64,000 bases of DNA, from positions 998 to 64,997 of the forward strand of contig JAHOYT010000022.1 of the NCBI GenBank assembly GCA_019038645.1, given 5' to 3'. A program made the translations under genes and the position numbers. Shown one piece after another: positions 1 through 9,657 of this stretch. The stretch comes from Bacteroidales bacterium. GTDB taxonomy: Bacteria; Bacteroidota; Bacteroidia; Bacteroidales; UBA12077. Numbering within the stretch: position 1 is the stretch's first letter; every line of letters starts with the position of its first letter. The notes below the pieces were generated by a model. That model had not been told where the DNA came from, ran no database searches, and saw nothing but the letters and a program-made list of their open reading frames with translations.

Positions 1-7
1 ATATGTT

Positions 8-1306
8 TTATTCCATTGTAGGCCCTTCAACTAAAGTAAATTCAGGATCTGGTCCGGCTTTAGAAACCTCAAACTTCATGTTATAGTTTCCGTCTGTACC
101 ATCATAAGTTTTAAACACTACTCTGTAACCCATTTGCACTCCATTAACTAATTCAAGTGCATTAGGATACAACTCTGGCAACAATACTGTTCCTAAAGCT
201 TCTTCAATAGCTTCTGCCCAGCTATCAAATACTTCTGCATTAAAGTTTCTGAGATCGAAATTACTATAATACGCACTTGCTCCGAAGTAATTATCTGTAT
301 TATCAGGATAATCATCAGTATTGGTCAGGTTAGCATTCACATAATCAACAATTAATTGAAAGTCTGCGCTTACCATTGTAACCAGTTCGGTTGGATCAAA
401 TACCCAGCCATCACCATTATGTATAAACTGGTTGCTTACTTCAACTATAGCATCATACTGAGTCCATGTTGTACCATCATAGTGGTATTCCTGTGCTCTT
501 GTATAAGTTGTACCTGAAGAATAGTATTTATAAACAATCACTCTTTCCGCACCTGCCTGATCATATGGAAATATTAACTTTAAGAACGTTGGTAAATAAT
601 CTTCCGGTGCATCAGAACTTGAAAAATTATTATATGCTCCCGGATCACCCATTGAGTCATAATCCGCATCAACTAATTCATACGTATTAAGAACCATCCA
701 GGCTGTACCGTCAAAATATACATACGCATCTTTTGGATTTGTTGAGCCATCATAGTATTGATAATTAATAACGTTTAGGTCTCCCTCTTCAGCATCAGTA
801 TATAATGTTAAAAGAAAATCAGGCATGTATTCTTCCGGCAAAATAGAGCTTGAAAAATTGTTATAATAACCCGGATCTCCGTATTCAGTTCCCATTGCAT
901 CATAATCAGCAGTAACTAGTACATAAGTATCATCAGGACTTCCTACTTTATCTAAATAATCAATGCCTAAATAATTGTTGTACGTTATTAATGCCATAGA
1001 ACCCTTGTCAAGAACCTCGTAGGTTTCTTCCAGAACATAAGGAATATATTCTTCTGCTGTGTAATACTTATTAAATGCTTCCATTTCTTCAATGTTTTCA
1101 GCATTAACAGTGTCCTCATCAGTTACTGCATCGTCGATTGCATAGCCTGATGCTATAGCATAATCGTCAGCAGTTAAAGTGATAGTAACTTCTGCACTTA
1201 TCGGATCTTCTGCTGCATCTATTTCATCGTAGATGTCTTCCATTGGGTCGCAAGCATTAAGAATTACAAACCCAATTAAAATAAATATTGATAATATTTT
1301 TTTCAT
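8..1306 (-). CDS. Surface lipoprotein with about four internal ~90-100 aa repeats, encoded directly downstream of a TonB-dependent receptor; function unknown
   Basis: 432-aa ORF. Signal peptide ends in a lipobox (LNAC) followed by acidic residues (CDPMEDIYDE), fitting the Bacteroidota surface-lipoprotein export signal. The module ADYDxMG..G.YNNFSSS..PE(D/E)Y(M/L)P.FL recurs, with degenerate first and last copies. There is a 19-nt gap to the receptor gene. Confidence 0.6.
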   Translation of the reverse strand: MKKILSIFILIGFVILNACDPMEDIYDEIDAAEDPISAEVTITLTADDYAIASGYAIDDAVTDEDTVNAENIEEMEAFNKYYTAEEYIPYVLEETYEVLDKGSMALITYNNYLGIDYLDKVGSPDDTYVLVTADYDAMGTEYGDPGYYNNFSSSILPEEYMPDFLLTLYTDAEEGDLNVINYQYYDGSTNPKDAYVYFDGTAWMVLNTYELVDADYDSMGDPGAYNNFSSSDAPEDYLPTFLKLIFPYDQAGAERVIVYKYYSSGTTYTRAQEYHYDGTTWTQYDAIVEVSNQFIHNGDGWVFDPTELVTMVSADFQLIVDYVNANLTNTDDYPDNTDNYFGASAYYSNFDLRNFNAEVFDSWAEAIEEALGTVLLPELYPNALELVNGVQMGYRVVFKTYDGTDGNYNMKFEVSKAGPDPEFTLVEGPTME

Positions 1307-1325
1307 AATTTATCTATTTTCTTAA

Positions 1326-3965
1326 TTAAAATCTAATTTTTAAACCTATTGACCATGATCTTCCCCATCCATAATAAACTCTGGCTGTAGTATGATCGTG
1401 AGTACCACCATCAGTTGCATCTGAAATATATTCAGTATCTAACAGATTATTAACATTACCAAATAATGTTGCGTTCATATCAGAAACTTTGAAATTATAG
1501 CGTAAGTTCATGTCAATTAGGCTATAAGCAGGCATTTCCCATGAATCAGGATTTGTATCGCCCTCTTGAGTTCCTCTGCCTAAAATATCAAAATCAGCAA
1601 AAAGATTATCATAGTAATTATAATCAGCACCTATTTTTAAGCCCTTTAATAATTCATAATCAACACCTAGAGCCATAGTCAATTGTGCAGCATCACCAAC
1701 ACGAACATCCTTAACATATAAGTCAATAGTTGCAACCTCTACCTGGTTTTCATCAAATACTCCAACATCTTCTATATCATCCAGCCATCTCCAGTCACCT
1801 ACTGAAACAAAACCGCTAACCTGAAGTCCTTCTAATGGTTGAGCAACAAAGTCTGCTTCAACTCCCATATGAGTAGCATCAACACCTAAGATATTGGCTA
1901 TATAATATGTTCTGTCACCAGTTACCGGGTCATCCTGTGAAATTGATTTTGTAAATGTTTTATCCTTCCAGTTAGTGTAATATGCATTTACGTTTGCAGT
2001 AATAATTCCGGATCTGTAACCATATCCTACTTCAGCACTTAATATTTTTTCATTTTCAGCCTGATCATTAATAAGGTTTATATAGTTAAGAAAAACAGCA
2101 TCAAAATCCGGCTGACGCTGAAAATAACCTGCATTAAAGAATACATTATGGTTTTCGGTTAGATTATAGTTAGCACCACCCTTAACCATGAAACCAAGGA
2201 AATGTACCCAATCACTTTTCTGTCCGTTCATTGCTTGATCAAATTTAACCTGACCAATATCATCTACAATAGACTGTTCAAGATCGCCACTGGCATCTGC
2301 TTCGATTTCTGCAATATAATCATCGGTAAAATAGTTGAAATAATCTACTCTTTGATATGATTTGTCAGAAACAGAAAGAGAAACGAAGGATGCGAGTTTA
2401 TCTAATTTGTATTCAGCCTGACCAAACAGACCTGCCCAAGCTACATGTCCATCGTTATAATAAGCAATTTTATCACCTACATCAACAACTTTGGTAGTAT
2501 TGTTATAATCAACGTCATCAACATAAAATTCACCGCCTAAAAGATCAAGAACTTCACGATAATGTTCTCCTTTATAATAACGGCCATCAACGCCTAATAA
2601 TACATCTAAATTGCCAAGATCTTTGTTAAATGAAGTCAACAATCCGTACCAGTTGTGATTATTATTAGATGATCTCATTATTGATTCTGAACCATCAACT
2701 CCACCATCAGCAATATTTTCATCAACAATACGATCAAAATCAATTTGACCTTCTCTTAAGTAAGTGTAAAACTTTGAAGTGTTACCATAATTTCCTGTTC
2801 CACCACCAGTACCAATAGATGCATAAATTGCAGTTGTCATACTTGTATTTTCATCCATTGTCCAAAAATGGTTTAATATTGCTTGTGGCTTGTGGTAAAA
2901 GTTCTTTCTCAGATAATAAACTTCTCCATTTTTATAACCCCAGTCAGCATTATATCTTATTCCTTCTTCCTTGAACTTCTCAATTGATTGCTCAGAAGTT
3001 CTCTGACCATGCCATTGAGGTGCTCCGAAAAGAGAAAAAGCTACAGTATGATTATCGTTAACTCTTTTAGAAATATTCATAAAATATGAATATGATACAA
3101 ATTCTGTAGCGTCAACATAACCGTCTCCTTCTGCTTTTGCCACAGAAATTGTAGCAGCCCAGTCACTTTCACTTAACCCAGTTGATAATGTAAAACCGAA
3201 TTTGTTATAACCATCAGCACCAACTGTTGAAAATGCACTTCCGCCAGTTTTTGCATCCGTGGTTTTTGTAAGGATATTTAATGTACCACCTAATGAAGGT
3301 ACAGCCATCTTAGATGCTCCAAGACCTCTTTGCACCTGCATAGAACGTGTAACATCTGCTAAACCAGCCCAGTTTGACCAGTATACCCATCCGTTTTCCA
3401 TATCATTTACTGGCACACCATTAATCATAGTAGCCGTATTTCTTTGGTCGAAACCACGAATATTTATTCTTGAATCACCAAAACCTCCACCTTGCTTTGT
3501 TGCATAAACACCCGGGGTTGATTTTAATATTTCAGGATATTCCTGTGTTCCTAATTTCTCAGCAATCTGCTGAGGTTTAATTGTTGACAGTGCAACAGGA
3601 GTTTCTCTCGCGATAGCAACTGATGCCACAACTCTAACTTCATTTAAGTTAATGGCGTCGGCTTCAAGAGCTATTTTACCAAGATCAAGATCTCCTGTAA
3701 CTGATAAATCTTTTACCTGTTCAAGATATCCAACATACGAGAAAATTAATTTTTGGTCTCCGGACGGAACAATAATATTAAAACTTCCATCCAATGCAGT
3801 TGCAGTACCTATTGTTGTACCATCTACAACAATTGATGCACCAATAAGTGCCTCGTTGGAATTTGCATCAACGAGAATACCTGTAACTTTTGACTGGCCG
3901 AATGATGCAAGACTTACAAGCATCAGCGCCACAATTAAAAATTTACTTTTAAAGATTTTCATCAT
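1326..3965 (-). CDS. TonB-dependent outer-membrane receptor with N-terminal carboxypeptidase-regulatory-like domain
   Basis: 879 aa with a signal peptide. CarboxypepD_reg-like segment: KVTGILVDANSNEALIGASIVVDGTTIGTATALDGSF. Plug motifs: PGVYATKQGGGFGDSRINIRGFDQRNTATMINGVPVND. Long beta-barrel ending in a terminal aromatic residue (GLKIRF). Confidence 0.9.
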   Translation of the reverse strand: MMKIFKSKFLIVALMLVSLASFGQSKVTGILVDANSNEALIGASIVVDGTTIGTATALDGSFNIIVPSGDQKLIFSYVGYLEQVKDLSVTGDLDLGKIALEADAINLNEVRVVASVAIARETPVALSTIKPQQIAEKLGTQEYPEILKSTPGVYATKQGGGFGDSRINIRGFDQRNTATMINGVPVNDMENGWVYWSNWAGLADVTRSMQVQRGLGASKMAVPSLGGTLNILTKTTDAKTGGSAFSTVGADGYNKFGFTLSTGLSESDWAATISVAKAEGDGYVDATEFVSYSYFMNISKRVNDNHTVAFSLFGAPQWHGQRTSEQSIEKFKEEGIRYNADWGYKNGEVYYLRKNFYHKPQAILNHFWTMDENTSMTTAIYASIGTGGGTGNYGNTSKFYTYLREGQIDFDRIVDENIADGGVDGSESIMRSSNNNHNWYGLLTSFNKDLGNLDVLLGVDGRYYKGEHYREVLDLLGGEFYVDDVDYNNTTKVVDVGDKIAYYNDGHVAWAGLFGQAEYKLDKLASFVSLSVSDKSYQRVDYFNYFTDDYIAEIEADASGDLEQSIVDDIGQVKFDQAMNGQKSDWVHFLGFMVKGGANYNLTENHNVFFNAGYFQRQPDFDAVFLNYINLINDQAENEKILSAEVGYGYRSGIITANVNAYYTNWKDKTFTKSISQDDPVTGDRTYYIANILGVDATHMGVEADFVAQPLEGLQVSGFVSVGDWRWLDDIEDVGVFDENQVEVATIDLYVKDVRVGDAAQLTMALGVDYELLKGLKIGADYNYYDNLFADFDILGRGTQEGDTNPDSWEMPAYSLIDMNLRYNFKVSDMNATLFGNVNNLLDTEYISDATDGGTHDHTTARVYYGWGRSWSIGLKIRF

Positions 3966-4249
3966 AGAATTGTTTTAAGGTTTGGTTTAACTTTTATTTT
4001 AAAATATACAATAATACAAAAGTAGAATTAAATAGAATATCAAATATATCGAAAATATTAAGTTTCTGTTAAATTAAGCCATATAAACATATTAACATAT
4101 GTTTTAATCCGGTTTATTTTAAATGCTTTAACAATTGGGCGGTTTAAAAACAATAACTCCTTAAATTAACAATTGTTAATAACTTGTGGGGACAAGATTT
4201 TTAATACTGTGTGCTTAAAAAGCAGATTTGTCGGATATTAAAAGATCTG

Positions 4250-6616
4250 TTATCTGTAGTCATAATTGTAACCGTAACCATAACCATAATTATAGTTATA
4301 ACCTTTATTCTTAATATTAATGTCATTAATAATAAGATTAGTGTTTTTAATATTCTTTTTCTCTAAACTGTAGAATAAATGTGACAACATCTTTTTCCTG
4401 GAATAATTATGTCTAACTATGAAAACACTGGTGTCGGCAAATTTTTCAAGTAACAGGGCATCTGAAACTATACCTGTTGGGGGTGTGTCAAGAATTATAT
4501 AATCAAACTTTTTTCTTAGCTCTTCAAACAGAGCTTTGGTCTTTTCAGAAGCAATTAATTCTGATGGGTTTGGGGGGATGGGCCCGGTAGGTATCACTCT
4601 TAAATTTGGAATTTCTGTTTCAAAAATTATATCTTCCATGTTACAATTTCCGCTTAGAAACGTACTCAATCCCATCTCATTATGAAGATCCATTAATTTT
4701 GAAACAGAAGGCCTTCTTAAGTCAAAACTTAATAGGACAACCTTTTTTTGATATAACGCAAAACTCGTAGCCAAATTAATAGAAATAAAACTTTTCCCTT
4801 CCTCCATCATTGTTGAAGTAATCATAATCACGGGAGTCTTAATTTCTCCTAATACGTATTGGAAATTAGTACGTAGCGACCGGAAAGACTCTGCAATAAT
4901 AGAATTAGGAGAATTGTGTACAACCAGTGGATTTTTTTCTTTATTATGAATAATATTACCTAAAATGGGTTTGTCAATTATCTTTTCAACATCCGAAATA
5001 TCAACTATTTTGTCATTAAAATAATCATATAATAAAATACAACAAACAGGTAAACCCAGACCCATTATAATACCTAATAATAATATAACTTTTTTATTTG
5101 GAGAAACCGGATCGGGTTTAATTAATTTAGGATAATCAATGATTTCATTTTCAGGAAAAGTTGAAGCTTTTGCAATTTGTAGCTCAGACTTTTTTCTTAA
5201 TAAAAAAGTATATAAAGCATCCTGTAACTGAAACTCTCTTTCATAAGTAAACAGCATTCGCTGAGTTTCCGGGAGTGACTGTACTTCAATTGTCAACTTA
5301 TCTATTCTTTCATTTATATCATTAAGCGATATTTTTGCTCTGTCAATAGAATTCAGAATGTTTTCCAATAAAGTGTTTTTTTGGTTATCGATTTTCATTT
5401 TTACACTCTCTAAATACGGATTATCTTTTTTAGAGTTAACCATAATATCAACTTTTTCTGAATAAAGTCTGGTCAGCTCAATAATTAAATTATTAAGCAA
5501 CTGGTCGTCAATTCCCATAGATGAAGGGGCTATAACATCCTGTAGATCTTTACTGTCAGACAAATATTCCTGCAGATAAGTGTAGTATTTTTGCTTTAGA
5601 ATTAATTCTGCCTTTTGATTTTGAAGACTCTCCAGATTTTGATAAGCTTGTTGAGACTGAAAATCGATATTCATAACTTTTTGAGACGACCTGTAAGCCC
5701 CAAGGCGTTTTTCTGCACTTTTCAGTGAATCAGCAATGCTATTAATCTGACTATTAATAAATTCTATCGTATTAATTGCTATTTTATTCTTTTTCTCTAC
5801 TCCTCTGTTTAAATAAACATCCAACAACCTGTTTAAAAAATCAATTGATTTAGAAACATTCGTGCCATCATAAAATATTTTGATAACAGACGAATACTTT
5901 ATGTCTTCTATTTGTATTTTTTGAAATTCATTAGTAAGAGACTCTAAGGTTCTAAACTTAAATAAATAAATTTTTTCATTCTCAATTTTTGCTAATTCCT
6001 TGATTTTAAATTTAAAATAATCATTAGTAAAATAAACATCCTTATAAATAGTATCATCTATTTCAACATCAAACAACTCCTTAACAATTCTTTCTTCACT
6101 GTAGGAATAAACCAAACCATTAATTGCTGAAGACCAAACATGAAAATGTCCATTTTTAAGTTTTTGCAAATAAATATCAATTTCAACAAGTTGAACATGA
6201 GAAGAATCGTATTCTATAATAAATGGAGTTTCGTTATATATTTCATTAATTCTGTACTTTTCTTTCTCAAAATATGAAACAGAAAAATCAAGTTCCTTCA
6301 TTGTCCGTTCTGTAAGATGATAAGAGTTAAGAATCTCTATTTCATTTCTTAATTTATATTCAGACATTGAACTAAATGGGGACACTGCATTTTGTATAAT
6401 TGCATCCGGATCCATTAAAGATTGCTCATCTTTAATTAATAGTGAAGATTCTACCCTATAAACCGGTGAAGTAGTTTTTATTACAAAGAATGATACCAAT
6501 AATCCCAGTACAAGAGAAATTGGGAATACATACCAAAACCTTAAAAGCCTGTATATATAAGCTTTTAGGTCAATTGACTCTTCTTCAAAATTTTGAAATT
6601 GACTATTATTTACCAT
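4250..6616 (-). CDS. Polysaccharide co-polymerase / BY-tyrosine kinase (Wzc/GumC-like chain-length determinant)
   Basis: 788 aa. It has an N-terminal TM segment, a long coiled-coil periplasmic region and a second TM segment. The C-terminal P-loop ATPase carries Walker A (TSTMMEEGKSF) and a Walker B-like DTPP. The tail is tyrosine-rich (GYNYNYGYGYGYNYDYR). It lies immediately downstream of a Wza-like gene. Confidence 0.85.
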   Translation of the reverse strand: MVNNSQFQNFEEESIDLKAYIYRLLRFWYVFPISLVLGLLVSFFVIKTTSPVYRVESSLLIKDEQSLMDPDAIIQNAVSPFSSMSEYKLRNEIEILNSYHLTERTMKELDFSVSYFEKEKYRINEIYNETPFIIEYDSSHVQLVEIDIYLQKLKNGHFHVWSSAINGLVYSYSEERIVKELFDVEIDDTIYKDVYFTNDYFKFKIKELAKIENEKIYLFKFRTLESLTNEFQKIQIEDIKYSSVIKIFYDGTNVSKSIDFLNRLLDVYLNRGVEKKNKIAINTIEFINSQINSIADSLKSAEKRLGAYRSSQKVMNIDFQSQQAYQNLESLQNQKAELILKQKYYTYLQEYLSDSKDLQDVIAPSSMGIDDQLLNNLIIELTRLYSEKVDIMVNSKKDNPYLESVKMKIDNQKNTLLENILNSIDRAKISLNDINERIDKLTIEVQSLPETQRMLFTYEREFQLQDALYTFLLRKKSELQIAKASTFPENEIIDYPKLIKPDPVSPNKKVILLLGIIMGLGLPVCCILLYDYFNDKIVDISDVEKIIDKPILGNIIHNKEKNPLVVHNSPNSIIAESFRSLRTNFQYVLGEIKTPVIMITSTMMEEGKSFISINLATSFALYQKKVVLLSFDLRRPSVSKLMDLHNEMGLSTFLSGNCNMEDIIFETEIPNLRVIPTGPIPPNPSELIASEKTKALFEELRKKFDYIILDTPPTGIVSDALLLEKFADTSVFIVRHNYSRKKMLSHLFYSLEKKNIKNTNLIINDINIKNKGYNYNYGYGYGYNYDYR

Positions 6617-6653
6617 ATTCAGAAAATAACAATATAAACCCTAAAATAAATTA

Positions 6654-7430
6654 TTATTTAAATAATGCTACTACAATTGCTGCAGTCGAAATTGTTGATA
6701 AAAAAATTGAATATGGGAAATTATCAAATGCAAATGATTTGCTTTTTAATGGTTCAATATAAACAACATCATTGGGCATTAAATAAAACTGATCAGATTG
6801 TAATACGCCATTATCAGTTAAATCTAAATAATGCATTTCTGAACCGGTTAATGTCTGCCGAACAAGTTTAACCTTTTTAAGGTTTCCAAAGTTATTAGTT
6901 CCACCAGCCTGAGCAATTGCCTGCAATATATTAATTTGTTTATTTTTAATAATAAAAGTACCGGCACTTACAACTTCTCCAAGTACAGAAACCCTGTAAT
7001 TTACCAACTTAACCACCACGGTTGCTTCTTTAAAATACTCATTTACTGTCTTTTGAAGCAAGTCGTTAACTTCTTTAACGGTCATCCCTTTAACGTATAC
7101 TTTATCAATAAATGAAAAGTTAATATAACCATCTTCTTCAATTCTATAACTATTCAAATTTTGATACGTTGCAGTCATAGGGTTAGGAAAATCTGTTTGA
7201 AATAATCGACTTGTTTTTTGATCAACACTGTGTACATTTATATACAGTTGATCTCCTGGTTGCAAATTATAAACAGTATTTCTGTTATTTAGAAATCCCG
7301 AAGAAATATCTTCTACTGATTTTTCCTGCAACAACTGTACTTTTTTCTGTGAAACACATGATGAAAATAGGAAAGCCACTATTACAAATCCTGTAATAAG
7401 TTTAAGGGTATAATTCGCTCTTGTTTTCAT
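6654..7430 (-). CDS. wza: Polysaccharide export outer-membrane protein (Wza family, Poly_export + SLBB)
   Basis: 258 aa. Lipoprotein-like signal (FSSC), the Poly_export signature YNLQPGDQLYINV, and an SLBB-like segment (VSVLGEV..AGTF). It lies upstream of the Wzc-like gene. Confidence 0.85.
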   Translation of the reverse strand: MKTRANYTLKLITGFVIVAFLFSSCVSQKKVQLLQEKSVEDISSGFLNNRNTVYNLQPGDQLYINVHSVDQKTSRLFQTDFPNPMTATYQNLNSYRIEEDGYINFSFIDKVYVKGMTVKEVNDLLQKTVNEYFKEATVVVKLVNYRVSVLGEVVSAGTFIIKNKQINILQAIAQAGGTNNFGNLKKVKLVRQTLTGSEMHYLDLTDNGVLQSDQFYLMPNDVVYIEPLKSKSFAFDNFPYSIFLSTISTAAIVVALFK

Positions 7431-7452
7431 GATATATTGTTTTAATTATTTT

Positions 7453-9501
7453 TTAGTTTTTTGATAATTTTATTGCGTCTTTAGTATTAATTTTTTGTCC
7501 GTTTTTGTAAGCTACAATAAATGCTCCATTAACACCCGATATTTCTTTCATTTCTACAGCTTTATAATATGATTTTAAATTACCTATCGAGTACTTAAAC
7601 CAATCATTTTCTTCTATTAAGTATACATTTGGTTCAATGCAACATATATTTTTTATTTGATTAACCGTTAATTTCCCCGGACTTGCTGCTATCTGAACTT
7701 TAAAAACCAGATCTGTATTTTTCGATATCCAGTCTTTATTAATTACGGGTTCAAAACACTTTTGTGATTTCTTTGCCTCCAACACATTCATTTTATTGTT
7801 GCCTTTAAATGCAATTACAAATGCACCTTTTGCACCACATTTTTTTCTGAATTCATTGGCATCATTAAAATTATTAAACTCTCCAACCGAATATTTATAC
7901 CAGTTATCTTCTTCAAATTTGTTGATTTTTTCATGCCCGGAATAAATCGCATGTAATTTTTCAGACGTTAACTGTCTTTTGTCAGCAGCAATCTGTACTT
8001 TAAATACTATAATATTTTTTTGTGTTATATCTGACAATTTTCCCTTTCTTGCCAAATACAAAGGAACTTTTATTTCGTCATTGTAAGCTACGATAAACGA
8101 TCCTTTAACATTTAAAGACTCCTTTAATCTTACAGCCTGTTCATATGAATTATGTTTCCCTACTGAATATTTATACCAATTTTCTTCTTCAATCATATCA
8201 ACAGATTCATCACCCAGATAAATATTGTTCAGTTCTTTTTTCAACATTTTAATCCTTTTGGCAGCTATCTGAACTTTAAATATTAAACCTGCCGGTAAAT
8301 CTGATGCAATTTTATCTTTTTCGTAAGTAGGTTTTTTTCTGTCCCTTTTTAAAGCAAACAAATCAACTTTAACTCCATTCTTATATGCTACAACAAACGC
8401 ATCACCAACACTTAAAGTTTTTTTGTAATCATCAGCTTCTGAAAATGTGTTAAAATCTCCGATAGAATATTTACTCCATCCTTCCTCGATAATCATTTTA
8501 ATTTCTTTATTTCCATTATAAATTCGCCGTAACGTATTTTGAGATAACGGTTTTTTATCAGCTGCTATCTGAACTTTATATATTATATCATCACTAACTT
8601 CAGAATATGTGTCTTTAATGTTAGTTTCAGGTGTCTTTGAGCTTATTTCATCTGCCTGCTTTAAAATATTTTGATTTATTGATTCTGCAACTATATCAAC
8701 TTCATCTGGTTCGATTATTTCAGCATCCTCTGCTTCAGAATACAGATAATCATCCCAAACATCTTTCATGCTGGTCACAGACAAAGAATCAGAATAAAGC
8801 AGATTTCTGAATATATTAAGGGACAAAACTGAATCTTCCGTGTTTACATAGTTTATATATGCATTTAATAACTCTTCATTTATAACAACTTCTTTACCAT
8901 TCTGGTCCGTACTTAACCTTGTTTGGTCCTCTATATCAATTTTTTGATTTCCGGAATAAATATCAATTACCTGATTTAGCCTGTCCAAACCAGATTTTTC
9001 ATGCTCCTGAGCATTAAGCAGTTTTAGATAACGCTCATCCTTTTCTCTTTTTTCAAGTTTATACGCTTCATTTCTCAACTTTTCAGCCTTGTAAAATAAC
9101 TCCTCAGCCTGCTCTTCCATTAATTTTAATTCCAGAGGGATTTCGTTATTGACTAAAAACTTAGTTTTCAGTTCAGGGATAACGTTTTTAAGCACATTGA
9201 ACTCAATGAAATTTGCTTCTTTTTGCAATTCCACCGCACTCAGCTGACAATCAACAGCTTCATCTTTTAGCTTTTCTGTCTTATTAGCATTTTTTGGATT
9301 TGAAGCATCATATTCAGCTATTTCCGAATATAAAGAATTTGCTTTATCAATGAGTTTTTGAGCTTCCTGATTTAACTTTTGTGCTTTTTCCAGTTTTTTT
9401 TGATCTTCTTTATCAAAAGGAAGGTCTTTAGTAAACCCCATCAATAAAAAAATTGATGAAATCATCCAAATTATCAGATACCTTTTCCTTGCTTGATTCA
9501 T
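7453..9501 (-). CDS. Secreted/anchored protein with N-terminal coiled coil and four tandem SPOR-like (peptidoglycan-binding) repeats
   Basis: 682 aa. Four ~75-aa repeats each begin (Y/F)KVQIAA and contain W(S/Y/F)KYS(I/V)G ... (A/S)F(V/I)(V/I)A(Y/F)K, the typical SPOR pattern. The N-terminal ~170 aa is rich in K/E heptads. Confidence 0.7.
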   Translation of the reverse strand: MNQARKRYLIIWMISSIFLLMGFTKDLPFDKEDQKKLEKAQKLNQEAQKLIDKANSLYSEIAEYDASNPKNANKTEKLKDEAVDCQLSAVELQKEANFIEFNVLKNVIPELKTKFLVNNEIPLELKLMEEQAEELFYKAEKLRNEAYKLEKREKDERYLKLLNAQEHEKSGLDRLNQVIDIYSGNQKIDIEDQTRLSTDQNGKEVVINEELLNAYINYVNTEDSVLSLNIFRNLLYSDSLSVTSMKDVWDDYLYSEAEDAEIIEPDEVDIVAESINQNILKQADEISSKTPETNIKDTYSEVSDDIIYKVQIAADKKPLSQNTLRRIYNGNKEIKMIIEEGWSKYSIGDFNTFSEADDYKKTLSVGDAFVVAYKNGVKVDLFALKRDRKKPTYEKDKIASDLPAGLIFKVQIAAKRIKMLKKELNNIYLGDESVDMIEEENWYKYSVGKHNSYEQAVRLKESLNVKGSFIVAYNDEIKVPLYLARKGKLSDITQKNIIVFKVQIAADKRQLTSEKLHAIYSGHEKINKFEEDNWYKYSVGEFNNFNDANEFRKKCGAKGAFVIAFKGNNKMNVLEAKKSQKCFEPVINKDWISKNTDLVFKVQIAASPGKLTVNQIKNICCIEPNVYLIEENDWFKYSIGNLKSYYKAVEMKEISGVNGAFIVAYKNGQKINTKDAIKLSKN

Positions 9502-9657
9502 TTCACAAAACTAGCTTAAGATTATGAATTGTTGCTAAAATAACAATTTATAGTAATTCGAATCATCATAAAACTAAATAATATACACTAAAACGCAAGC
9601 AATTTATAAATTTTACAACTGACTATCTAATAAAAGTGACATATATCACCATCAATT

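Noticed and set aside
3259-3978. Two ORFs (82 and 108 aa) on the + strand inside the TonB-dependent receptor gene. Many similar 60-110-aa ORFs lie antisense to long genes, for example 466-690, 6490-6762, 17833-18096, 23629-23907, 24040-24381, 28659-28961, 39709-39996, 50039-50356 and 55743-56030.
   Set aside because: All lie entirely within, and antisense or out of frame to, much longer ORFs with clear family motifs. Their translations are low-complexity with no motifs. These are typical shadow ORFs in AT-rich DNA.
3966-4249. A riboswitch (cobalamin, TPP, etc.) upstream of either TonB-dependent receptor gene. The spacer at 55132-55290 was checked as well.
   Set aside because: Both spacers are extremely AT-rich, with no conserved riboswitch boxes (no B12 box, no CTGAGA-type TPP core) and no GC-supported multi-stem structure.
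7453-8600. Periodic ~225-nt repetition that could be mistaken for a repeat array.
   Set aside because: It is the coding periodicity of four SPOR-like protein repeats. The DNA copies are strongly diverged, there is no spacer/repeat structure, and it is not a CRISPR array.
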